This document shows, piece by piece, positions 38,200 to 51,599 of a stretch of DNA of 64,000 nucleotides. Location: contig OZ037767.1 of assembly GCA_964035545.1 (NCBI GenBank), positions 12,447,801-12,511,800 of the forward strand, written 5' to 3'. Position numbers and translations under genes: made by a program. Position 1 is the first letter of the stretch. Each line of letters begins with the position of its first letter. Below the pieces are notes generated by a model. That model was not told the DNA's origin. It made no database searches and saw only the letters and a program-made list of their open reading frames with translations. Source of the stretch: Bugula neritina. Its lineage: Eukaryota > Animalia > Bryozoa.

Positions 38200-41100
38200 G
38201 GCAGTCGCACTTCTTGTCACTCAATCGTTGACGGTTGATGATTAAAGAAAGCCTAAGGTCCTTACAGTATACATACTGGAGGTACTGTGCTTTGAACTCA
38301 ATAACAAAAAAAGAGAATATATGACTTGCAAAACTAACGAATTACATTGTGATGATTTCTGACCTTATTGACAGTGTGCCTCAGTAATGTCTGTTCAGTG
38401 CAAACTATGGACAGCAAAGTTGTCTGGCAATAATGAGACAAACAATTCCTCAAACCCTTTTCATTAAAGTTTTGTGATGAAAGAGTAATCAGACCCTGTA
38501 ATGGTTATACAACTGGAGGGAAGGAATATACTCATTTTTCAATAGAAACAAAGCATGTTCAGAACTAGTAAACAGCAACACACTCATGAAACATTAAACA
38601 ATCTGTAACAAGTCTTGCTCATTATAACAGACAAATGTTATAACATACTCCTTTCGTTTAGGAGATATATCAACTACTACTCCTACAAAAACAATAAAGA
38701 GGTCAAAGACAGCACTGCTCAGTTTGGTTTCATTTCATTCAATTCATTGTAACGCTATCAACGGGCTGCACTTTTGGTCACACCCGGCTAACTGCTCTTG
38801 GAAAATTATTCATTTCGCCAATTGTGACATTATGTAAACTCACTGTTAGTTTTTAACTTTGAATCAAAAAATGATAAAGTAATTGTAAATCTGTTTACAG
38901 TCGTCAAAGCGGCTGATCCCTAATTTCAACACTGGGTTTAGGTGATGGAAGAATCCAAAGACAAGTTTGGTACTACGCTAGACAATAGGCTGCAGGCACC
39001 GGAAACTGTGAACATGCGTGCATTTAACAGATGAAGCTAAAACATGTATATACATCTTATATTTAGTGAAAATTGAATATGCATCACTTTTCTATGTGAG
39101 AACATTGCTGGATAGTGAAAATAACTAGAAATGTAGAAGTTCGGGAGTTGTCTCTCCTGTGTTTTTGTTTTGTCTTCTTGACTTGTCAAGCTGCAATTAT
39201 TTGAAAAATATCAACTGCAAATACATTTGTTGGTGTAGCAAAATTATTAAACCCATCAACCTTTGCGATCTGAGGAACGAAAGACGGATACTGCAACTTA
39301 CACACCTTTCTATTATGAATTTAGAGATATACATTGTTTTGTCGATTCTTCTGGCAACCAATATTAAGTGCATTGCTCATTTTCCATGCTTTATATCCAC
39401 TTATTTTACATTTTCTCAATCAACTAAACACAGGTAAGCAGAGTTGCTAACTGGTTGCATGGTATTCAGGCAGTCGCACTTCTTGTCACTCAATTGTTGA
39501 CGATTGATGCTTGAAGAAGGCCTACGGTCCTTACAGTATACATACTGGAGGTACTGTGCTTTGAACTCAATAACAAAAAAGAAAATATATGACTTGCAAA
39601 ACTAACGAATCACATTGTGATGACTTCTGACCTTATTGACAGTGTGCCTCAGTAATGTCTGTTCAGTGCAAACTATGGACAGCAAAGTTGTCTGGCAATA
39701 ATGAGACAAACAATTCCTCAAACCCTTTTCGTTAAAGTTTTGTGATGAAAGAGTAATCAGACCCTGTTATGGCTATACAACTGGAGGGAAGGAATATACT
39801 CATTTTTCAATAGCAACAAAGCATGTTCAGAACTAGTAAACAGCAACACACTCATGAAACATTAAACAATCTGTAACAAGTCTTGCTCATTATAACAGAC
39901 AAATGTTATAACATACTCCTTTCGTTTAGGAGATATATCAACTACTACTCCTACAAAAACAATAAAGAGGTCAAAGACAGCACTGCTCAGTTTGGTTTCA
40001 TTTCATTCAATTCATTGTAACGCTATCAACGGGCTGCACTTTTAGTCACACCTGGCTAACTGCTCTTGGAAAATTATTCATTTCGCCAATTGTGACATTA
40101 TGTAAACTCACTGTTAGTTTTTAACTTTGAATCAAAAAATGATGAAGTAATTGTAAATCTGTTTACAGTCGTCAAAGCGGCTGGTCCCTAATTTCAACAC
40201 TGGGTTTAGGTGATGGAAGAATCCAAAGACAAGTTTGGTACTACGCTAGACACTAGGCTGCAGGCACCGGAAACTGTGAACATGCGTGCATTTAACCGAT
40301 GAAGCTAAAACATGTATACATCTTATATTTAGTGAAAATTGAATATGCATCACTTTTCTATGTGAGAACATTGCTGGATAGTGAAAATAACTAGAAATGT
40401 AGAAGTTCGGGAGTTGTCTCTCCTGTGTTTTTGTTTTGTCTTCTTGACTTGTCAGGCTGCAGATATTTGAAAAATCACAACTGCAAATACATCTGTTAGT
40501 GTAGCAGAATTATTAAACCAATCAACCTTTGTGATCTGAGGAACGAAAGACGGATACTGCAACTTACACACCTTTCTATTATGCGTTTCAAGATATACAT
40601 TGTTTTGTCGATTCTTCTAGCAACCAATATTCAGTGCATAGCTCATTTTCTACGCTTTATATCCACTTATTTTACATTTTCTCAATCAACTAAACACAGG
40701 TAAGCAGAGTTGCTAACTGGTTGCATGGTGTTCAGGCAGCGCACTTCTTGTCACTCAATCGTTGACGATTGATGCTTGAAGAAGGCCCACGGTCCTTACA
40801 GTATACATACTGGAGGTACTGTGCTTTGAACTCAATAACAAAAAAAGAGAATATATGACTTGCAAAACTAACGAATTACATTGTGATGACTTCTGACCTT
40901 ATTGACAGTGTGCCTCAGTAATGTCTGTTCAGTGCAAACTCTGGACAGCAAAGTTGTCTGGCAATAATGAGACAAACAATTCCTCAAACCCTTTTCGTTA
41001 AAGTTTTGTGATGAAAGAGTAATCAGACCCTGTAATGGCTATACAACTGGAGGGAAGGAATATACTCATTTTTCAATAGCAACAAAGCATGTTCAGAACT

Positions 41101-44100
41101 AGTAAACAGCAACACACTCATGAAACATTAAACAATCTGTAACAAGTCTTGCTCATTATAACAGACAAATGTTATAACATACTCCTTTCGTTTAGGAGAT
41201 ATATCAACTACTACTCCTACAAAAACAATAAAGAGGTCAAAGACAGCACTGCTCAGTTTGGTTTCATTTCATTCAATTCATTGTAACGCTATCAACGGGC
41301 TGCACTTTTAGTCACACCCGGCTAACTGCTCTTGGAAAATTATTCATTTCGCCAATTGTGACATTATGTAAACTCACTGTTAGTTTTTAACTTTGAATCA
41401 AAAAATGATAAAGTAATTGTAAATCTGTTTACAGTCGTCAAAGCGGCTGGTCCCTAATTTCAACACTGGGTTTAGGTGATGGAAGAATCCAAAGACAAGT
41501 TTGGTACTACGCTAGACACTAGGCTGCAGGCACCGGAAACTGTGAACATGCGTGCATTTAACAGATGAAGCTAAAACATGTATACATCTTATATTTAGTG
41601 AAAATTGAATATGCATCACTTTTCTATGTGAGAACATTGCTGGATAGTGAAAATAACTAGAAATGTAGAAGTTCGGGAGTTGTCTCTCCTGTGTTTTTGT
41701 TTTGTCTTCTTGACTTGTCAGGCTGCAGATATTTGAAAAATCACAACTGCAAATACATCTGTTAGTGTAGCAGAATTATTAAACCAATCAACCTTTGTGA
41801 TCTGAGGAACGAAAAACGGATACTGCAACTTACACACCTTTCTATTATGCGTTTCAAGATATACATTGTTTTGTCGATTCTTCTAGCAACCAATATTCGG
41901 TGCATAGCTCATTTTCTACGCTTTATATCCACTTATTTTACATTTTCTCAATTAACTAAACACAGGTAATCAGAGTTGCTAATTGGTTGCATGGTATTCA
42001 GGCAGTCGCACTTCTTGTCACTCAATCGTTGACGGTTGATGCTTAAAGAAAGCTTAAGGTCCTTACAGTATACATACTGGAGGTACTGTGCTTTGAACTC
42101 AATAACAAAAAAAGAGAATATATGACTTGCAAAACTAACGAATTACATTGTGATGATTTCTGACCTTATTGACAGTGTGCCTCAGTAATGTCTGTTCAGT
42201 GCAAACTATGGACAGCAAAGTTGTCTGGCAATAATGAGACAAACAATTCCTCAAACCCTTTTCATTAAAGTTTTGTGATGAAAGAGTAATCAGACCCTGT
42301 AATGGTTACACAACTGGAGGGAAGGAATATACTCATTTTTCAATAGAAACAAAGCATGTTCAGAACTAGTAAACAGCAACACACTCATGAAACATTAAAC
42401 AATCTGTAACAAGTCTTGCTCATTATAACAGACAAATGTTATAACATACTCCTTTCGTTTAGGAGATATATCAACTACTACTCCTACAAAAACAATAAAG
42501 AGGTCAAAGACAGCACTGCTCAGTTTGGTTTCATTTCATTCAATTCATTGTAACGCTATCAACGGGCTGCACTTTTGGTCACACCCGGCTAACTGCTCTT
42601 GGAAAATTATTCATTTCGCCAATTGTGACATTATGTAAACTCACTGTTAGTTTTTAACTTTGAATCAAAAAATGATAAAGTAATTGTAAATCTGTTTACA
42701 GTCGTCAAAGCGGCTGATCCCTAATTTCAACACTGGGTTTAGGTGATGGAAGAATCCAAAGACAAGTTTGGTACTACGCTAGACAATAGGCTGCAGGCAC
42801 CGGAAACTGTGAACATGCGTGCATTTAACAGATGAAGCTAAAACATGTATATACATCTTATATTTAGTGAAAATTGAATATGCATCACTTTTCTATGTGA
42901 GAACATTGCTGGATAGTGAAAATAACTAGAAATGTAGAAGTTCGGGAGTTGTCTCTCCTGTGTTTTTGTTTTGTCTTCTTGACTTGTCAAGCTGCAATTA
43001 TTTGAAAAATATCAACTGCAAATACATTTGTTGGTGTAGCAAAATTATTAAACCCATCAACCTTTGCGATCTGAGGAACGAAAGACGGATACTGCAACTT
43101 ACACACCTTTCTATTATGAATTTAGAGATATACATTGTTTTGTCGATTCTTCTGGCAACCAATATTAAGTGCATTGCTCATTTTCCATGCTTTATATCCA
43201 CTTATTTTACATTTTCTCAATCAACTAAACACAGGTAAGCAGAGTTGCTAACTGGTTGCATGGTATTCAGGCAGTCGCACTTCTTGTCACTCAATTGTTG
43301 ACGATTGATGCTTGAAGAAGGCCTACGGTCCTTACAGTATACATACTGGAGGTACTGTGCTTTGAACTCAATAACAAAAAAGAGAATATATGACTTGCAA
43401 AACTAACGAATCACATTGTGATGACTCCAGACCCTATTGACAAGGTGCCCCAGTAATGTCTGTTCAGTGCAAACTATGGACAGCAAAGTTGTCTGGCAAT
43501 AATGAGACAAACAATTCTGCAAACCCTTTTCATTAAAGTTTTGTGATGAAAGAGTATCCAGACCCTGTAATGGCTATACAACTGGAGGGAAGGAATATAC
43601 TCGTTTTTCAATAGCAACAAAGCATGTTCAGAACTAGTAAACAGAAACACACTCATGAAACATTAAACAATCTGTAACAAGTCTTGCTCATTATAACAAA
43701 CAAATATTATAATATACTCCTTTCGTTTAGGAGATATATCATCTACTACTCCTAAAAAAACAATAAAGAGGTAAAAGACAGCACTGCTCAGTTTGGTTTC
43801 ATTTCATTCAATTCATTGTAACGCTATCAACGGGCTGCACTTTTAGTCACACCTGGCTAACTGCTCTTGGAAAATTATTCATTTCGCCAATTGTGACATT
43901 ATGTAAACTCACTGTTAGTTTTTAACTTTGAATCAAAAAATGATGAAGTAATTGTAAATCTGTTTACAGTCGTCAAAGCGGCTGGTCCCTAATTTCAACA
44001 CTGGGTTTAGGTGATGGAAGAATCCAAAGACAAGTTTGGTACTACGCTAGACACTAGGCTGCAGGCACCGGAAACTGTGAACATGCGTGCATTTAACCGA

Positions 44101-47100
44101 TGAAGCTAAAACATGTATACATCTTATATTTAGTGAAAATTGAATATGCATCACTTTTCTATGTGAGAACATTGCTGGATAGTGAAAATAACTAGAAATG
44201 TAGAAGTTCGGGAGTTGTCTCTCCTGTGTTTTTGTTTTGTCTTCTTGACTTGTCAGGCTGCAGATATTTGAAAAATCACAACTGCAAATACATCTGTTAG
44301 TGTAGCAGAATTATTAAACCAATCAACCTTTGTGATCTGAGGAACGAAAGACGGATACTGCAACTTACACACCTTTCTATTATGCGTTTCAAGATATACA
44401 TTGTTTTGTCGATTCTTCTAGCAACCAATATTCAGTGCATAGCTCATTTTCTACGCTTTATATCCACTTATTTTACATTTTCTCAATCAACTAAACACAG
44501 GTAAGCAGAGTTGCTAACTGGTTGCATGGTGTTCAGGCAGCGCACTTCTTGTCACTCAATCGTTGACGATTGATGCTTGAAGAAGGCCCACGGTCCTTAC
44601 AGTATACATACTGGAGGTACTGTGCTTTGAACTCAATAACAAAAAAAGAGAATATATGACTTGCAAAACTAACGAATTACATTGTGATGACTTCTGACCT
44701 TATTGACAGTGTGCCTCAGTAATGTCTGTTCAGTGCAAACTCTGGACAGCAAAGTTGTCTGGCAATAATGAGACAAACAATTCCTCAAACCCTTTTCGTT
44801 AAAGTTTTGTGATGAAAGAGTAATCAGACCCTGTAATGGCTATACAACTGGAGGGAAGGAATATACTCATTTTTCAATAGCAACAAAGCATGTTCAGAAC
44901 TAGTAAACAGCAACACACTCATGAAACATTAAACAATCTGTAACAAGTCTTGCTCATTATAACAGACAAATGTTATAACATACTCCTTTCGTTTAGGAGA
45001 TATATCAACTACTACTCCTACAAAAACAATAAAGAGGTCAAAGACAGCACTGCTCAGTTTGGTTTCATTTCATTCAATTCATTGTAACGCTATCAACGGG
45101 CTGCACTTTTAGTCACACCCGGCTAACTGCTCTTGGAAAATTATTCATTTCGCCAATTGTGACATTATGTAAACTCACTGTTAGTTTTTAACTTTGAATC
45201 AAAAAATGATAAAGTAATTGTAAATCTGTTTACAGTCGTCAAAGCGGCTGGTCCCTAATTTCAACACTGGGTTTAGGTGATGGAAGAATCCAAAGACAAG
45301 TTTGGTACTACGCTAGACACTAGGCTGCAGGCACCGGAAACTGTGAACATGCGTGCATTTAACAGATGAAGCTAAAACATGTATACATCTTATATTTAGT
45401 GAAAATTGAATATGCATCACTTTTCTATGTGAGAACATTGCTGGATAGTGAAAATAACTAGAAATGTAGAAGTTCGGGAGTTGTCTCTCCTGTGTTTTTG
45501 TTTTGTCTTCTTGACTTGTCAGGCTGCAGATATTTGAAAAATCACAACTGCAAATACATCTGTTAGTGTAGCAGAATTATTAAACCAATCAACCTTTGTG
45601 ATCTGAGGAACGAAAAACGGATACTGCAACTTACACACCTTTCTATTATGCGTTTCAAGATATACATTGTTTTGTCGATTCTTCTAGCAACCAATATTCG
45701 GTGCATAGCTCATTTTCTACGCTTTATATCCACTTATTTTACATTTTCTCAATTAACTAAACACAGGTAATCAGAGTTGCTAATTGGTTGCATGGTATTC
45801 AGGCAGTCGCACTTCTTGTCACTCAATCGTTGACGGTTGATGCTTAAAGAAAGCTTAAGGTCCTTACAGTATACATACTGGAGGTACTGTGCTTTGAACT
45901 CAATAACAAAAAAAGAGAATATATGACTTGCAAAACTAACGAATTACATTGTGATGATTTCTGACCTTATTGACAGTGTGCCTCAGTAATGTCTGTTCAG
46001 TGCAAACTATGGACAGCAAAGTTGTCTGGCAATAATGAGACAAACAATTCCTCAAACCCTTTTCATTAAAGTTTTGTGATGAAAGAGTAATCAGACCCTG
46101 TAATGGTTACACAACTGGAGGGAAGGAATATACTCATTTTTCAATAGAAACAAAGCATGTTCAGAACTAGTAAACAGCAACACACTCATGAAACATTAAA
46201 CAATCTGTAACAAGTCTTGCTCATTATAACAGACAAATGTTATAACATACTCCTTTCGTTTAGGAGATATATCAACTACTACTCCTACAAAAACAATAAA
46301 GAGGTCAAAGACAGCACTGCTCAGTTTGGTTTCATTTCATTCAATTCATTGTAACGCTATCAACGGGCTGCACTTTTGGTCACACCCGGCTAACTGCTCT
46401 TGGAAAATTATTCATTTCGCCAATTGTGACATTATGTAAACTCACTGTTAGTTTTTAACTTTGAATCAAAAAATGATAAAGTAATTGTAAATCTGTTTAC
46501 AGTCGTCAAAGCGGCTGATCCCTAATTTCAACACTGGGTTTAGGTGATGGAAGAATCCAAAGACAAGTTTGGTACTACGCTAGACAATAGGCTGCAGGCA
46601 CCGGAAACTGTGAACATGCGTGCATTTAACAGATGAAGCTAAAACATGTATATACATCTTATATTTAGTGAAAATTGAATATGCATCACTTTTCTATGTG
46701 AGAACATTGCTGGATAGTGAAAATAACTAGAAATGTAGAAGTTCGGGAGTTGTCTCTCCTGTGTTTTTGTTTTGTCTTCTTGACTTGTCAAGCTGCAATT
46801 ATTTGAAAAATATCAACTGCAAATACATTTGTTGGTGTAGCAAAATTATTAAACCCATCAACCTTTGCGATCTGAGGAACGAAAGACGGATACTGCAACT
46901 TACACACCTTTCTATTATGAATTTAGAGATATACATTGTTTTGTCGATTCTTCTGGCAACCAATATTAAGTGCATTGCTCATTTTCCATGCTTTATATCC
47001 ACTTATTTTACATTTTCTCAATCAACTAAACACAGGTAAGCAGAGTTGCTAACTGGTTGCATGGTATTCAGGCAGTCGCACTTCTTGTCACTCAATTGTT

Positions 47101-47570
47101 GACGATTGATGCTTGAAGAAGGCCTACGGTCCTTACAGTATACATACTGGAGGTACTGTGCTTTGAACTCAATAACAAAAAAGAGAATATATGACTTGCA
47201 AAACTAACGAATCACATTGTGATGACTCCAGACCCTATTGACAAGGTGCCCCAGTAATGTCTGTTCAGTGCAAACTATGGACAGCAAAGTTGTCTGGCAA
47301 TAATGAGACAAACAATTCTGCAAACCCTTTTCATTAAAGTTTTGTGATGAAAGAGTATCCAGACCCTGTAATGGCTATACAACTGGAGGGAAGGAATATA
47401 CTCGTTTTTCAATAGCAACAAAGCATGTTCAGAACTAGTAAACAGAAACACACTCATGAAACATTAAACAATCTGTAACAAGTCTTGCTCATTATAACAA
47501 ACAAATATTATAATATACTCCTTTCGTTTAGGAGATATATCATCTACTACTCCTAAAAAAACAATAAAGA
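38200..47570. repeat. Trimeric higher-order repeat, period 3801 bp (~2.4 copies)
   Basis: ORFs at 39159/42960/46761 and 43474/47275. Private variants recur at 3801: 1-bp deletion AGGCAGCGC (~40738, ~44539), TAACCGATG (~40295, ~44096), GAAAAACGG (~41811, ~45612). Boundaries are approximate. Confidence 0.85.
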
Positions 47571-50500
47571 GGTAAAAGACAGCGCTGCTCAGTTTAATTT
47601 CATTTCATTCAATTCATTGTAACGCTATCAATGGGCTGCACTTTTGGTCACACCCGGCTAACTGCTCTTGGAAAATTATTCATTTCGCCAATTGTGACAT
47701 TATGTGAACTCATTGTTAGTTTTTAACTTTGAATCAAAAAATGATAAAGTAATTGTAAATCTGTTTACAGTCGTCAAAGCGGCTGATCTTTAATTTCAAC
47801 ACTGGGTTTAGGTGATGGAAGAATCCAAAGACAAGTTTGGTACTACGCTAGACAATAGGCTGCAGGCACCGGAAACCGTGAACATGTGTGCATTTAACAG
47901 ATGAAGCTAAAACATGTATACATCTTATATTTAGTGGAAATTGAATATGCATCACTTTTCCATGTAAGAACATTGCTGGATAGTGAAAATAACTGGAAAT
48001 GTAGAAGTTCGGGAGTTGTCTCTCCTGTGTTTTTGTTTTGTCTTCTTGACTTGTCACGCTGCAGATAATTGAAAAATCACAACTGCAAACACATCTGTTG
48101 GTGTAGCAGAATTATCAAACCCATCAACCTTTGTGATCTGAGGAACGAAAGACGGATACTGCAACTTACACACCTATCTATTATGAGTTTAGAGATATAC
48201 ATTGTTTTGTCGATCCTTCTGGCAACCAATATTAAGTGCATTGCTCATTTTCCACACTTTATATCCACTTATTTTACGTTTTCTCAATCAACTAAACACA
48301 GGTAAGCAGAGTTGCTAACTGGTTGCTTGGTATTCAGGCAGTCGCACTTCTTGTCACTCAATCGTTGACGATTGATGCTTGAAGAAGGCCTACGGTCCTT
48401 ACAGTATACATACTGGAGGTACTGCGCTTTAAACTCAATAACAAAAAAGAGAATATATAATGACTTGCAAAACTAACGAATCACATTGTGATGACTCCAG
48501 ACCCTATTGACAGTGTGCCTCAGTAATGTCTGTTCAGTGCAAACTATGGACAGCAAAGTTGTCTGGCAATAATGAGACAAACAATTCTGCAAACCCTTTT
48601 CATAAAAGTTTTGTGATGTTAGAGTAATCAGACCCTGTAATGGCTATACAACTGGAGGGAAGGAATATACTCATTTTTCAATAGCAACAAAGCATGTTCA
48701 GAACTAGTAAACAGAAACACACTCATGACACATTAAACGATCTGTAACAAGTCTTGCTCATTATAACAGACAAATGTTATAACATACTCCTTTCGTTTAG
48801 GGGATATATCAACTACTACTCCTACAAAGACAATAAAGAGGTAAAAGACAGCACTGCTCAGTTTGATTTCATTTCATTCAATTCATTGTAACGCTATCAA
48901 TGGGCTGCACTTCTGGTCACACCCGGCTAACTGCTTTTGGAAAATTATTCATTTCGCCAATTGTGACATTATGTGAACTCACTGTTAGTTTTTAACTTTG
49001 AATCAAAAAATGATAAAGTAATTGTAAATCAGTTTACAGTCGTCAAAGCGGCTGATCCTTAATTTCAACACTGGGTTTAGGTGATGGAAGAATCCAAAGA
49101 CAAGTTTGGTACTACGCTAGACAATAGGCTGCAGGCACCGGAAATGTGAACATGTGTGCATTTAACAGATGAAGCTAAAACATGTATATACATCTTATAT
49201 TTAGTGAAAATTGAATATGCATCACTTTTCCATGTGAGAACATTGCTGGATAGTGAAAATAACTAGAAATGTAGAAAATCGGGAGTTGTCTCTCCTGAGA
49301 CTTTGTTTTGTCTTCTTGACTTGTCACGCTGCAGATATTTGAAAAATCACAACTGCAAATACATTTGTTGGTGTAGCAAAATTATTAGACCCACCAACCT
49401 TTGCGATCTGAGGAACGAAAGATGGATACTGCAACTTACACACCTTTCTATTATGAATTTAGAGATATACATTGTTTTGTCGATTCTTCTGGCAACCAAT
49501 ATTAAGTGCATAGCTCATTTTCTACACTTTATATCCACTTATTTTACATTTTCTCAATCAACTAAACACAGGTAAGCAGAGTTGCTAACTGGTTGCATGG
49601 TGTTCAGGCAGTCGCACTTCTTGTCACTCAATCGTTGACGATTGATGCTTGAAGAAGGGCCACGGTCCTTACGGTATACATACTGGAGGTACTGTGCTTT
49701 GAACTCAATAACAAAAAAAGAGAATATATGACTTGCAAAACTAACGAATTACATTGTGATGACTCCTGACCCTATTGACAGTGTGCCTCAGTAATGTCTG
49801 TTCAGTGCAAACTGTGGACAGCAAAGTTGTCTGGCAATAATGAGACAAACAATTCTGCAAACCCTTTTCATTAAAGTTTTGTGATGTTAGAGTAATCAGA
49901 CCCTGTAATGGCTTTACAACTGGAGGGAAAGAATATACTCGTTTTTCAATTGCAACAAAGCATGTTCAGAACTAGTAAACAGCAACACACTCATGACACA
50001 TTAAACAATCTGTAACAAGTCTTGCTCATTATAACAGACAAATGTTATAACATACTCCTTTCGTTTAGGAGATATATCAACTACTACTCCTACAAAAACA
50101 ATAAAGAGGTAAAAGACAGCACTGCTCAGTTTGATTTCATTTCATTCAATTCATTGTAACGCTATCAATGGGCTGCACTTTTGGTCACACCCGGCTAACT
50201 GCTCTTGGAAAATTATTCATTTCGCCAATTGTGACATTATGTGAACTCACTGTTAGTTTTTAACTTTGAATCAAAAAATGATAAAGTAATTTTAAATCTG
50301 TTTACAGTCGTCAAAGCGGCTGATCCTTAATTTCAACACTGGGTTTAGGTGATGGAAGAATCCAAAGACAAGTTTGGTACTACGCTAGACAATAGGCTGC
50401 AGGCACCGGAAAATGTGAACATGTGTGCATTTAACAGATGAAGCTAAAACATGTATACATCTTATATTTAGTGAAAATTGAATATGCATCACTTTTCTAT

Positions 50501-51599
50501 GTGAGAACATTGCTGGATAGTGAAAATAACTAGAAATGTAGAAGTTCGGGAGTTGTCTCTCCTGTGTTTTTGTTTTGTCTTCTTGACTTGTCAGGCTGCA
50601 GATATTTGAAAAATCACAACTGCAAATACATCTGTTAGTGTAGCAGAATTATTAAACCAATCAACCTTTGTGATCTGAGGAACGAAAGACGGATACTGCA
50701 ACTTACACACCTATCTATTATGCGTTTCAAGATATACATTGTTTTGTCGATTCTTCTAGCAACCAATATTCAGTGCATAGCTCATTTTCTACGCTTTATA
50801 TCCACTTATTTTACATTTTCTCAATCAACTAAACACAGGTAATCAGAGTTGCTAATTGGTTGCATGGTATTCAGGCAGTCGCACTTCTTGTCACTCAATC
50901 GTTGATGGTTGATGCTTAAAGGAAGCTTAAGGTCCTTACAGTATACATACTGGAGGTACTGTGCTTTGAACTCAATAACAAAAAAAGAGAATATATGACT
51001 TGCAAAACTAACGAATTACATTGTGATGACTTTTGACCTTATTGACAGTGTGCCTCAGTAATGTCTGTTCAGTGCAAACTATGGACAACAAAGTTGTCTG
51101 GCAATAATGAGACAAACAATTCCTCAAACCCTTTTCATTAAAGTTTTGTGATGAAAGAGTAATCAGACCCTGTAATGGCTATACAACTGGAGGGAAGGAA
51201 TATACTCATTTTTCAATAGCAACAAAGCATGTTCAGAACTAGTAAACAGAAACACACTCATGACACATTAAACAATCTGTAACAAGTCTTGCTCATTATA
51301 ACAGACAAATGTTATAACATACTCCTTTCGTTTAGGAGATATATCAACTACTACTCCTACAAAAACAATAAAGAGGTAAAAGACAGCACTGCTCAGTTTG
51401 ATTTCATTTCATTCAATTCATTGTAACGCTATCAATGGGCTGCACTTTTGGTCACACCCGGCTAACTGCTCTTGGAAAATTATTCATTTCGCCAATTGTG
51501 ACATTATGTGAACTCACTGTTAGTTTTTAACTTTGAATCAAAAAATGATAAAGTAATTTTAAATCTGTTTACAGTCGTCAAAGCGGCTGATCCTTAATT

